From assembly GCA_045805065.1 (NCBI GenBank), contig JBJMMA010000184.1, forward strand, positions 1 through 28,269: DNA of 28,269 nt. The letters are read 5' to 3'. Of this stretch, positions 8,176 to 16,856 are shown in pieces (the stretch's first letter is position 1; every line of letters starts with the position of its first letter). A program made the position numbers and the translations under genes. The notes under the pieces are model-generated. The model ran no database searches. It was given only the letters and a program-made list of their open reading frames with translations, and was not told where the DNA came from. The DNA comes from Bdellovibrionia bacterium. Lineage in GTDB: Bacteria; Bdellovibrionota; UBA1018.

Positions 8176-8283
8176 TTTTTATGTGACCAGTGTGCAAGAA
8201 GAAGTTGTTCTTGGGCACGAAGGTCACCGCAAAAATATATTCATGACTAAATCCAAGAAGGATTTAAAGAAGGGGGAGCATTG

Positions 8284-9408
8284 ATGCTCGCATTTCGTTC
8301 ACCGTTGGTAGGCGAAAGTCTCGCGATTCAAAATATCTTCAAGACCATCGAGAAGGTCTCTCAGACGGATAGCACCGTTCTGATCACCGGCGAGAGCGGA
8401 ACCGGTAAAGAGCTCGTAGCGCGAGCCATCCATGAGAATTCGCCTCGGGCAACGCGTCCCCTGGTCATCGTCAACTGTGGAGCAATCCCAGCTGAGCTTC
8501 TCGAAGCAGAACTTTTCGGCCACGTGAAAGGTGCTTTCACGGGCGCAACCCAGAACCGCACGGGCCGTTTCGAAATGGCTCATGGCGGAACGATTTTCCT
8601 CGATGAAGTGGGCGAGCTTCCTCTTCATCTTCAAGTGAAGCTCCTTCGCGTTCTTCAGACCCGCCAGTTCGAAGCTGTCGGATCTTCCCGCACGATGGAA
8701 GTCGATGTCCGCATCATCGCTGCGACGAACCGCGATCTCGAAGAAGCTTCCCAAAAGAAGGAATTCCGCGAAGATCTCTACTATCGCTTGAACGTGATTC
8801 CGCTGCGGATTCCATCCTTGCGCGAGCGCAAGAGCGATATTCCACTGCTTGTGAACCACTTCGTGCAACAGTTCAACGAAGTGAGCGGTCACTCGGTTGA
8901 AGCACCAAGCGGCCAGATCATGGATGCTCTGATGTCCTACGATTGGCCAGGTAACGTCCGTGAGCTTGAAAACCTCATGGAGCGCCTGGTGATCCTCAAG
9001 GGCCAAGGCAGCGTGGACCTGGGCGATCTGCCTCACCGTATTTTCCAAAAGTTCGCAGAAACCAACAACGCTGCCGGCGCTGGCGCAATGTCGATGGACG
9101 AGTGGGAGTTCCCACGCATGGTTCTTCCTCAAACCGGCATCGATCTCAAGACGATCGTTGCGGCTTTCGAGAACCATCTCGTCGACCAGGCTCTGGCTCG
9201 CACCAACGGCAACAAGAACCGTGCATCTGAACTCTTGAAGATGAACCGCACGACTCTCGTTGAAAAGCTTCGCAAGCGCGGAATGATCATTCCAGCTGCG
9301 CAGAACGCCCGCGGCGCTGACGATATCGCATTGGACGCTGACATGCTCATGAACGGCAACGGCCGTGGCACTGGCATGGGCGGTCCTGGTCCTGAGCAAT
9401 CGATGTAA
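8284..9408 (+). CDS. Sigma54-dependent enhancer-binding protein lacking an N-terminal sensory domain (FleQ/FlrA-like)
   Basis: GESGTGKE, GAFTGA, FLDEVGE, WPGNVRELEN, Fis-type HTH NKNRASELLKMNRTTLVEKL; SD GGGGGAG upstream. ATG 8284 or TTG 8281. Confidence 0.9.
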   Translation: MLAFRSPLVGESLAIQNIFKTIEKVSQTDSTVLITGESGTGKELVARAIHENSPRATRPLVIVNCGAIPAELLEAELFGHVKGAFTGATQNRTGRFEMAHGGTIFLDEVGELPLHLQVKLLRVLQTRQFEAVGSSRTMEVDVRIIAATNRDLEEASQKKEFREDLYYRLNVIPLRIPSLRERKSDIPLLVNHFVQQFNEVSGHSVEAPSGQIMDALMSYDWPGNVRELENLMERLVILKGQGSVDLGDLPHRIFQKFAETNNAAGAGAMSMDEWEFPRMVLPQTGIDLKTIVAAFENHLVDQALARTNGNKNRASELLKMNRTTLVEKLRKRGMIIPAAQNARGADDIALDADMLMNGNGRGTGMGGPGPEQSM

Positions 9409-9431
9409 TCGTTTGCTTCAGTCATGAATAT

Positions 9432-9464
9432 AAGGGGAGGCCTGGTTTCAGGCCTCCCTTTTTT
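9432..9464 (+). terminator. Intrinsic terminator between convergent genes, possibly bidirectional
   Basis: AAGGGGAGGCCTG-gttt-CAGGCCTCCCTTT followed by further Ts. Confidence 0.9.
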
Positions 9465-9468
9465 GTTT

Positions 9469-10836
9469 TTAGAGTTCCTGAAGCTGTTTTGACCAATAGT
9501 AAGGCGCGATCATCCTTGTGAAGCGCTCATCTGGATTGAGGCCTGGAGCGAGCTCAGCGGGGTCACTGGAATTCGGGTCTCGCGGTACGAGCTGGACTTG
9601 TCCGTCATAGGTCAAGACAATGGCGCGACTGCTACTGTCCCATTTGCTCGCGCTTTGAGTGCCGGTAGGCAGGCTCCCAAAGTCTTTGGAGTATTCGTTC
9701 AGGGCATAAACGCGTTTTTCTTTCGAAGCGATATAAACGGTTGGATTGGATTGATTCACAGGATCGTAGGTCCAAAAACCGATGGGAGTGAAATCTTTGA
9801 TGGGTAGCGTGACTTCTTTGTTGGAGAAGTTGCAGGTCACTCGATTTGGGAAAAGGCTGCAATCGACCGGCTGGCTTTCGTAGAAATCGATAATATTCCT
9901 GATTTCGGTGACGGCCTTCTGTGGGGTTGAGTCCAGATTTACTCCATCGGAAAGCATCATCACGATTTCTTTTACTGGATCATAAATACTGAGAACGCCT
10001 TTTTCTTTGATGAGGCGGGATGTTGCCTGGAGCGAAGGATAGAGTGAAGTGGCGGTTTCTCCGTCGTAGAATAAGAGTTTTGACGTGTCCGTGACCAGCA
10101 CTGCTCCATTTTTAATTCCCATGGGTAAAGTATTGAAGCGTTCCACAAGAAGTTGAATGGCATTTGCTCGCGCTGATTGGCGAACGGATGGGGCGATCCG
10201 ATCTATTTTGGACATCTGGATGAAGTAATCGGTTTGAGTTCTATACGCTCCGCTGGATGTGTAGTCCGGGTCACAGGCCAGTAATTGGGAAAGGCCCGCG
10301 TAAGCACCATGAGTACAGGTGACGTGCGGATATCCGTCCTGGTGTCGTGCTTCATGAATCAAGGAGCTGGAAATCCAAGGTTCGTCTTCCTGCGATAGGA
10401 GTTGGCAAATGTGCATGATGCCGTCGTGGGCTCCGACATTTTTTACATAAGCGTCGACTAAATTCGCGCAATTGCCAGTGTTGGGCTCAAATACGAAGGA
10501 TCGAATTCGACTGGAAAAATATTGGAACGGGCCGGTAGAAAGTATTCCGTTGTCCCCTGGGTGAGCGCTCGCGGAGGAGAGTGTTTCGACGTAAGACAGA
10601 TTCAGGACAGCTTGCGCCACGCGATACCCTAAGTTCTTGGGGTCGCAAAAGTTCGGTCTGAATCTCCGGTCATTGCTCTGCCAGGAAAACCGATTCAGCA
10701 ATTTTTTTGCTTCGGGATTTGAATCAAGGCAGGCCTGCTTCGGGGCGGACTCAGCTGCCGATGCGGTCGAAGCATGGTTGATGCCGATCGCAGCGCAAAA
10801 AAGAGCACAAGTTAAGATCAAGTTGGATGCTCTCAT
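9469..10836 (-). CDS. Secreted Cys-rich putative zinc metalloprotease (paralogue 2)
   Basis: Sec signal ending ASA-A; HEARHQDGYPH fits HExxHxxGxxH; colinear similarity to 10846..12231. Confidence 0.75.
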   Translation of the reverse strand: MRASNLILTCALFCAAIGINHASTASAAESAPKQACLDSNPEAKKLLNRFSWQSNDRRFRPNFCDPKNLGYRVAQAVLNLSYVETLSSASAHPGDNGILSTGPFQYFSSRIRSFVFEPNTGNCANLVDAYVKNVGAHDGIMHICQLLSQEDEPWISSSLIHEARHQDGYPHVTCTHGAYAGLSQLLACDPDYTSSGAYRTQTDYFIQMSKIDRIAPSVRQSARANAIQLLVERFNTLPMGIKNGAVLVTDTSKLLFYDGETATSLYPSLQATSRLIKEKGVLSIYDPVKEIVMMLSDGVNLDSTPQKAVTEIRNIIDFYESQPVDCSLFPNRVTCNFSNKEVTLPIKDFTPIGFWTYDPVNQSNPTVYIASKEKRVYALNEYSKDFGSLPTGTQSASKWDSSSRAIVLTYDGQVQLVPRDPNSSDPAELAPGLNPDERFTRMIAPYYWSKQLQEL

Positions 10837-10845
10837 GTTGTGTCC

Positions 10846-12231
10846 TCACAGCGCCTGAAGTTCTTTGGACCAGTAGTAAGGCGTGATCATTTTTGTGAAG
10901 GTTAAGTTCAGATCGATTCCAGGAAGGTTTGAAGTAGTTTCTCTGTTCTTTTTATTGAAGAAAGAAAGCTTTCCGTTGGAGCCAAGAAGGATGAAGTAAT
11001 TCTCGTCCCAGTCGCCTGAGTTCAGGGTCGAAGCGGGTGCGCTCTGAAAGGTGTTGGAGCTTTCAGAAAAAATATAGACGCGTCCTTCTTTTGAGGCGAT
11101 GCGAACCGCCTTGTCGGATGAGTTCAAGGGGACATAGGACCAAAATCCGATGGGGGTAAAGTCTTTGATCGGCAAGATGACTCTCTTGCCTGAGAAGGAG
11201 CAATCCACCCCATGAGTAAAGAGGTTACAAGTAGTCATCGAACTTGCGTACGTATCGAGATACTCGCCCGCTTCACTGCCTCTGTAGTCGATGTTTTCTT
11301 TGATTGGCCCTGGGTGGATTCCGTCAGCATAGGTGACCTGAGTCTTGGTCGAGACATTGTAAACCTTCAGGTAGCCGTTCACTGCGTAGAGGCGATCCGT
11401 GCTCTCCAGCTGAGGACGGAGTGGCGTGGTGGTTTTGCCATCGTAAAAAAGAACGTCCCGGGAGGAATCCTCTGAACCCTGAGCAATAAGAACTGCGCCT
11501 TTTTGAAGGCCGAGTGGCAGTTGGTTAAACCTCTCCACCAGAAGCTCGATGGCATTGGCTCGGGCATTTTGTCGAATGGAGGAGGCGATGCGAGGAGCGC
11601 GAGACGTCTTGATCAGATATTCCGCTTGAATGGCGTAGGAGCCACCTGAGGAGTAGCTCTCATCACAGCTTTTTTGACCGGGGGCCATATAAAACCCGTG
11701 ATTACATGGCACGTGATGATAACCCTCTTCATGTCGTGCCTCGTGAATCAAAACGCTGGAAATGAAATAGTCGTCAAATTGCGCCAGACTTTGACAAACG
11801 TGCATGACCCCATCACTTTTTCCGATGTCATCGGCTGCATCAACATAAGCGTTCATGACGCCGGAACAATCTTCCCCGTCAGGCTCAAATTGAATTGAGC
11901 GAATCCGTCTTGAGAAAAACTGGTATGGATCATTGGAAAGAAATCCCTGGCCATTTTTGTCGAGGGCGGAGCCATTCAACTTGCCCAAGGATTTCGTGAA
12001 TAAAAGCGCCTTTGCCACGTGATACGCTAAATTGTCGGGATCGCAAAAGTCAGGCTTGAAAGTCGGGTCCTGGTTGTTCCAGTGAAAATCATTAAGAGCC
12101 TTTTGTTGCTCATTACTGAAGTCATTGCATGTGGGCGACAGATCCGACGGAGATGCCCAAGTGGATGTTACATGCCCAAGGCAGAAGAGAACGCCCGAGA
12201 TGCCCGAAAGGATGAATAGTGATCGTTTCAT
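10846..12231 (-). CDS. Secreted Cys-rich putative zinc metalloprotease (paralogue 1)
   Basis: Signal peptide ending TWA-S; HEARHEEGYHH; shares FCDP.NL, DG.MH.CQ, LPIKDFTPIGFW and PYYWSK.LQ.L with its neighbour. Confidence 0.75.
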   Translation of the reverse strand: MKRSLFILSGISGVLFCLGHVTSTWASPSDLSPTCNDFSNEQQKALNDFHWNNQDPTFKPDFCDPDNLAYHVAKALLFTKSLGKLNGSALDKNGQGFLSNDPYQFFSRRIRSIQFEPDGEDCSGVMNAYVDAADDIGKSDGVMHVCQSLAQFDDYFISSVLIHEARHEEGYHHVPCNHGFYMAPGQKSCDESYSSGGSYAIQAEYLIKTSRAPRIASSIRQNARANAIELLVERFNQLPLGLQKGAVLIAQGSEDSSRDVLFYDGKTTTPLRPQLESTDRLYAVNGYLKVYNVSTKTQVTYADGIHPGPIKENIDYRGSEAGEYLDTYASSMTTCNLFTHGVDCSFSGKRVILPIKDFTPIGFWSYVPLNSSDKAVRIASKEGRVYIFSESSNTFQSAPASTLNSGDWDENYFILLGSNGKLSFFNKKNRETTSNLPGIDLNLTFTKMITPYYWSKELQAL

Positions 12232-12232
12232 A

Positions 12233-12805
12233 TCAGCCTGCTCCTGCTTCAGAAAAAGCCTGATCGATAAATCGTGTGAGCTTTCCAGGACGTCCTGACG
12301 TCACGCCTTCCAGGCTGATTCGTGCAAAGAAGAGAAGGGTGGGATGAGTCTGCTTTTTGAGAACGGTGGTGATGGCTGAGGCACTGGCTTCGCCGCTGGC
12401 CATTCTTTGATCGAGAGCTTCAAGCGCGGTGATTCTCAGGGACACATCAAAGCGAGAGGATTCGTCTCTGGCGTCCACGTCACTCGCCGCAATTTTAATC
12501 AGAGAGCGAGTTGCCTCCTCGGAGTGCGTTTGGGTGAGCTGATAAAGTACCTCGCGGCGTTCTTGCGCTGGGATGTTTTTGGACAGGATTTTCGAGGCGA
12601 TGTCCGTTGGGGACGCAGGCGACTGTGGCTGGGGGGAGGCAGGGAGAAGTGCTTGAGGTTTTGCCGGCGCCTGCTGCTGAACTGAAGCAGTGAGGGAAGG
12701 TGAGTCTTTCGTTTCCGGAGTGGAAGGCGCAGACTTCAGTACGAAATCAGCGATCCCTGCGCTTAAAGCTACGAGTCCTAAGATTCCTAATATGTGCTTT
12801 CGCAT
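12233..12805 (-). CDS. Hypothetical membrane-anchored helical (HEAT-like) protein
   Basis: Likely start MRKHILGILGLVALSAG (12805; track start 12859), Pro/Ser/Gln-rich linker, helical segments such as LRITALEALD; 1-nt gap to the next gene. Confidence 0.7.
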   Translation of the reverse strand: MRKHILGILGLVALSAGIADFVLKSAPSTPETKDSPSLTASVQQQAPAKPQALLPASPQPQSPASPTDIASKILSKNIPAQERREVLYQLTQTHSEEATRSLIKIAASDVDARDESSRFDVSLRITALEALDQRMASGEASASAITTVLKKQTHPTLLFFARISLEGVTSGRPGKLTRFIDQAFSEAGAG

Positions 12806-12950
12806 ATTGAACGCAGATTCCTTCGTGCGCTTTTTATTATAGTTGAGTAAATAAGTCAACCAATGGAAAGCCAGGTAAGTGGCTGTTTAGATTTGAAATT
12901 ATTCTCATTGAATCGTTTAAAACCTGCGTGATCCGTGAAATAACTAAGCT

Positions 12951-13382
12951 ATGTCATTCGGAAACAGACCCTTCACCTTGGAACAAATCAATCAGATGAA
13001 CCGCGCAACGATGGGCGAGGCCCTCGGGCTTGAGTTCACGGCCTTTGGCGATGACTGGCTTGAGGCTACAATGCCCGTGGATCATCGAACGAAGCAGCCT
13101 GCGGGATTACTCCATGGCGGAGCCTCTGTCGCACTGGCGGAAACGCTAGGCAGCGTAGCGTCGGTTTTATACATCGACCCTAAAAAACAATCAGTCGTGG
13201 GTCTTGAAATCAACGCGAACCATATTCGCTCGGCACGTGACGGGAAGGTTACGGGCAGGGTGAAGGCGATTCATATCGGAAAGACGACGCATCTTTGGGA
13301 AATTCAGATTACCAACGCGGAAGGGAAGCTGGTTTGCATCAGCCGCTTGACCGTGATGGTCTTGGATCGACCAGCGCAGTAG
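12951..13382 (+). CDS. Hotdog-fold thioesterase (PaaI / MenI-YdiI family)
   Basis: KQPAGLLHGGASVALAETLGS, VGLEINANHIRS, HIGKTTHLWEI, SRLTVMV. Confidence 0.92.
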   Translation: MSFGNRPFTLEQINQMNRATMGEALGLEFTAFGDDWLEATMPVDHRTKQPAGLLHGGASVALAETLGSVASVLYIDPKKQSVVGLEINANHIRSARDGKVTGRVKAIHIGKTTHLWEIQITNAEGKLVCISRLTVMVLDRPAQ

Positions 13383-13384
13383 CT

Positions 13385-14209
13385 TTATTTTTTTTCTTCA
13401 GCGTCTTTTGCTTCTTTAGCGTCTGACTCGCGGATCGTCTGGCGAACCAAGTTACGCAGGATGCGGTTGCGATTGGCCTGGCCGACGAGGGACTTCACGT
13501 TGTCGTAAAGGCCTGGGTCATTGATGAGCGCGCCCATGGTTCCATTGCCGTTATTGATCTTGTCTGTGATGGATTCCAGGTTCTTCATGATCTTCTTCAG
13601 CTTGAGGTCATCCATCTGATGGTCGAGCTTTTCGGTGGCGCTCGCCAGATTCTTTGAAGTTTGGGCCATGCCGGCAAAGAACTTATCGCTTCGGCTTTGA
13701 TTATTGAAGTTCTTGAGAAGCACATCGAGCGAAGTAGCCACGCTGTTGAGGCGGGCGACCAGCTGATCGCTCTGGCTCAGGAACTGAGTAATTCCCTTGC
13801 TTGGAAGAACCGGGATGTCCGAGCCGGAAGGCATGGACTCGACTTCTGAACTGCCCGGGGTGACGGAGACAAAGCGATCGCCCAGCACGCCTTGGGTTGC
13901 GATCTCAGCTTCAGAATCTTTTTTGATGTGCTTGGCGTTCTCTGCTGTGACGTTCAAGGTGATCACGACATTGCCTTGCTGATTGTCGAAGGCGACTTTG
14001 TCTACCGTTCCGATTTGAATTCCGCCCAGCATGACCTTGGCGCCACCAATCAGACCCTCAGCGCTTGGAAGGTGAATCGTGTACCGGCTTTTGCGAGAGA
14101 GGAGATTCTCCGTGCTTCCCAAAAGCAGGATGGCAATCATGACGAGAACCATTCCGACTGAGACGAAAATCCCGACTTTCAGTTCTGTTTCCATTCGTTT
14201 CTGGCTCAT
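13385..14209 (-). CDS. mlaD: MlaD/MCE-family substrate-binding protein with helical extension
   Basis: ELKVGIFV TM anchor; GL..GAKV..GG..IG.V; IATQGVLGDRFVSVTPG; C-terminal GNGTMGALINDP.LY. Confidence 0.9.
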   Translation of the reverse strand: MSQKRMETELKVGIFVSVGMVLVMIAILLLGSTENLLSRKSRYTIHLPSAEGLIGGAKVMLGGIQIGTVDKVAFDNQQGNVVITLNVTAENAKHIKKDSEAEIATQGVLGDRFVSVTPGSSEVESMPSGSDIPVLPSKGITQFLSQSDQLVARLNSVATSLDVLLKNFNNQSRSDKFFAGMAQTSKNLASATEKLDHQMDDLKLKKIMKNLESITDKINNGNGTMGALINDPGLYDNVKSLVGQANRNRILRNLVRQTIRESDAKEAKDAEEKK

Positions 14210-15006
14210 GGGATGCGGTCCTCTTTTTTAGGCGCGGCCGGGACATTTAACGTCGCGTCGAGTTCGCCGGTAATGAACCGGCGGATCAATGGGTCTTTGG
14301 ATGCACGGATATTGGCAACCGTGTCGATGGCGTAGATCTTTCCTTGGTAAAGGATGGCAAGCCGGTCGCAGATCTCAAAAGCTGCGGGAAGGTCATGGGT
14401 CACGAAGATGCCTGTGATGCCCGTTTGCTTCAGCTTCTTGATGTTCTGGATCAACCGGTGAGTATTGACCGGGTCAAGGCCTGCGGTTGGCTCGTCAAAA
14501 AGAATGACGTGAGGATCGATGATCGTCGCGCGCGCAAGACCTGCGCGCTTTTGCATGCCGCCTGAGAGTTCGGCGGGATAAAGATCATTTGATCCATGCA
14601 TGTCAATCAGGTCGAGCATCTCGTTCACGCGGCGATGAATTTCGTCATCGCTGAGCTTTGTGTGCTCCTTGAGAGGGTAGGCGAGGTTCTCTTCAACCGT
14701 CAGCGAGTCAAAAAGAGCGCCGTTCTGGAAAACATACGCGATCTTGATTCGAACCGGGGTGAGCTGGTCTTCGTTCAATTGAACGATGTCTTTTCCACCA
14801 AAGAAGATGCTTCCCTGATCTGGCTTCTCCAGGCCAATGACCGAGCGAAGAATCACGCTCTTTCCGGTTCCGGATCCGCCCAGCAGACCGATGATCTCGC
14901 CCTGATGAAGCTGCATGCTCACGCCGCGATGAACGACCTTGGAACCAAAGCGCTTATGCAGGTCCTTGAGCTCTAAGATGACTGGGGCGTTGGGGGATAG
15001 GGTCAT
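14206..15006 (-). CDS. mlaF: MlaF-family ABC ATPase
   Basis: GGSGTGKS, FQNGALFDSLTVEEN, PAELSGGMQKRAGLARA, FDEPTAGLDP. Confidence 0.93.
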   Translation of the reverse strand: MTLSPNAPVILELKDLHKRFGSKVVHRGVSMQLHQGEIIGLLGGSGTGKSVILRSVIGLEKPDQGSIFFGGKDIVQLNEDQLTPVRIKIAYVFQNGALFDSLTVEENLAYPLKEHTKLSDDEIHRRVNEMLDLIDMHGSNDLYPAELSGGMQKRAGLARATIIDPHVILFDEPTAGLDPVNTHRLIQNIKKLKQTGITGIFVTHDLPAAFEICDRLAILYQGKIYAIDTVANIRASKDPLIRRFITGELDATLNVPAAPKKEDRIP

Positions 15007-15017
15007 GAAGAGGTCGC

Positions 15018-15857
15018 TTACCTTGGATAGAAGAATTGGATGAAGATTTTGGTCAGGAAGAAGTCACTGATCATGATGAAAATGCTCGAAGTGACCACAA
15101 CCCAGGTGGTGCTGTTTCCAACGCCTTGAGTTCCGCCCTCGGTATTCAGACCTTTCCAGCAGGCTGTGACACTGATGAAGAAAGCAAAAACGATCGTCTT
15201 GATCATGCCGGTGAACAAGTCGGCCAGACGAAGCGTTTCAATGATTTTGGCCATGAAGAACTCAGTATTGATGTTGAGTTCGTATTTCGAGACCATCATC
15301 GCGCCAAAAAGGCCGATGTAGTCCGCAAGAAGAGTGAGGAGCGGGAGCGCGATCATCGCCGCAACCACGCGCGGGATCACGATACGTTTGGTGGGGCTTG
15401 TGCCCAGTGCACGGATTGCATCAATCTGCTGAGTGACTTTCATCGAACCCACTTCGGCTGCGATGCCGGAACCGATTCTTCCTGCAACCAGAAGACTCGT
15501 AAAAACGGGTCCCATTTCACGTAAAATGGAGAGGGCAGCAAGCTTTGGAACATAAAGCGTTCCACCAAACTTCTGCAGGCCTGCGCCAAACTGAAGTGCC
15601 ATGACGGATCCCGTGGCGAGCGCCGTTACGCTGACCAGGACCAGGGACTGTACGCCGATAAAGAGGAGCTGATCGAGAATCAGTCCAAAGTAAAAGGGAC
15701 GACGGACGATCTCTCTCGCGATTTGAGAGCAGAGAAGAGCGTAACCTCCGGCAAAGCGAACCAATGCCATCGCGCTTTGGCCCACTCTCAAAACGAGCGT
15801 GCGCACGGGTGTCAGGTTCTCTAGAGGAGAGGAAGTATCCACGGCCGATGGAGGCAT
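15018..15857 (-). CDS. mlaE: MlaE-family ABC permease
   Basis: REMGPVFTSLLVAGRIGSGIAAEVGSMKVTQQIDAIRALG; GGTQGVGNSTT. Confidence 0.95.
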   Translation of the reverse strand: MPPSAVDTSSPLENLTPVRTLVLRVGQSAMALVRFAGGYALLCSQIAREIVRRPFYFGLILDQLLFIGVQSLVLVSVTALATGSVMALQFGAGLQKFGGTLYVPKLAALSILREMGPVFTSLLVAGRIGSGIAAEVGSMKVTQQIDAIRALGTSPTKRIVIPRVVAAMIALPLLTLLADYIGLFGAMMVSKYELNINTEFFMAKIIETLRLADLFTGMIKTIVFAFFISVTACWKGLNTEGGTQGVGNSTTWVVVTSSIFIMISDFFLTKIFIQFFYPR

Positions 15858-15867
15858 AAGCTCTAGG

Positions 15868-16509
15868 TTACTCCCTCAATTTGAGGGAAGCAACGAAATG
15901 GGAGAAGTCCGAGAGCTGTCTTTCAAAATACTGCGGGCGAGACATGTAGACCAGGTCGTAGACGCAGTTTTGACGCTTGAGAACCACGGTGCGGATCTGC
16001 ATCGCTTCGCCGTTGAGCTTGCCTATGATGGTGGTTTCAAGGGCAGGGGTCTTCTGGACTTCCATGCCGCGCTCTTCACGCAGAGTGACGTCCGTAATTC
16101 CAAGAAGAAGAAGGTCAGTCAGGGTTTTCAGGTCGCGTTCTGCGCCCGGACGCAAAGAGTCGGGGGCGAGTCGGCAAGCGGAGTCGAGGGAGATAATGGA
16201 TGCAGTCGATTTGGATTGGTAGGCAACGTCTGTGACCTCGGTTGGGCTCACGTCCTGTTCTTTGACTGACTCGCTCTGGGCTGCCGTTTTAGCCGGGTCA
16301 AGCTTCTGCCAGTCAGGATTGGTATGGCTCAAGTCCATCACGCCGTACTCGGTCGATTTTTCCTCAATCGGTTTGACGTTTCCCACGACCACGCTGCATC
16401 CCGAGAAGGATGCCCCCGACATAATGAGCATGACGAGGAAGGGAACTGGGGCGCTCTTGAGCGCATGAGGTAGGCACATAAGTCGATGCATGGACTTCAT
16501 TTCTCTCAC
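15868..16509 (-). CDS. Hypothetical lipoprotein heading the mlaEFD operon
   Basis: Hydrophobic stretch followed by FSG-C; 10-nt gap to mlaE; start uncertain (GTG 16509, ATG 16500/16491/16479). Confidence 0.7.
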   Translation of the reverse strand: MREMKSMHRLMCLPHALKSAPVPFLVMLIMSGASFSGCSVVVGNVKPIEEKSTEYGVMDLSHTNPDWQKLDPAKTAAQSESVKEQDVSPTEVTDVAYQSKSTASIISLDSACRLAPDSLRPGAERDLKTLTDLLLLGITDVTLREERGMEVQKTPALETTIIGKLNGEAMQIRTVVLKRQNCVYDLVYMSRPQYFERQLSDFSHFVASLKLRE

Positions 16510-16743
16510 AGTTCGTAGCTCACTCGCAAGCCAACTCGCCAGCCAAATCTCAAGAAGACAAAAGCGATAATTCTTTATCGGAGTTCGTCAAAGTCCCATC
16601 GCGAACTGTCGGGTTTCCTGACGCTGGGTCAAAAAGGGAGGATCAAATCTGCCGGAGGTATTTTCCTGCCCGGTCAGGAATTACCGAGTAGGTACACATG
16701 TTTCAGTGAGCTTTCAAAACAGACTGACGCGGGTGTGTCCGAA

Positions 16744-16759
16744 TGGCACTACCCTTGCT
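16744..16759 (+). promoter_or_regulatory. Sigma54 (-24/-12) promoter of the TPR-activator unit
   Basis: TGGCAC-TACCC-TTGCT, exact GG-N10-GC spacing. Confidence 0.85.
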
Positions 16760-16856
16760 TTAGATACACCTTGTCTAAAACCTGCGCCTTCTTAAGTAGT
16801 ACTCATGAAGGGTACCCAAAGTGCGCAGGCGGACTTGGGAAGAGAGTAAAAAGAGC

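Noticed and set aside
8299..9399. 366-aa antisense ORF over the first activator (likewise 19504..20394 over the second)
   Set aside because: Mirror frames of well-supported genes.
16565..16580. Palindrome CGATAA-TTCT-TTATCG upstream of the mla operon
   Set aside because: A single 6-bp-arm occurrence cannot be assigned to a regulator or separated from chance.
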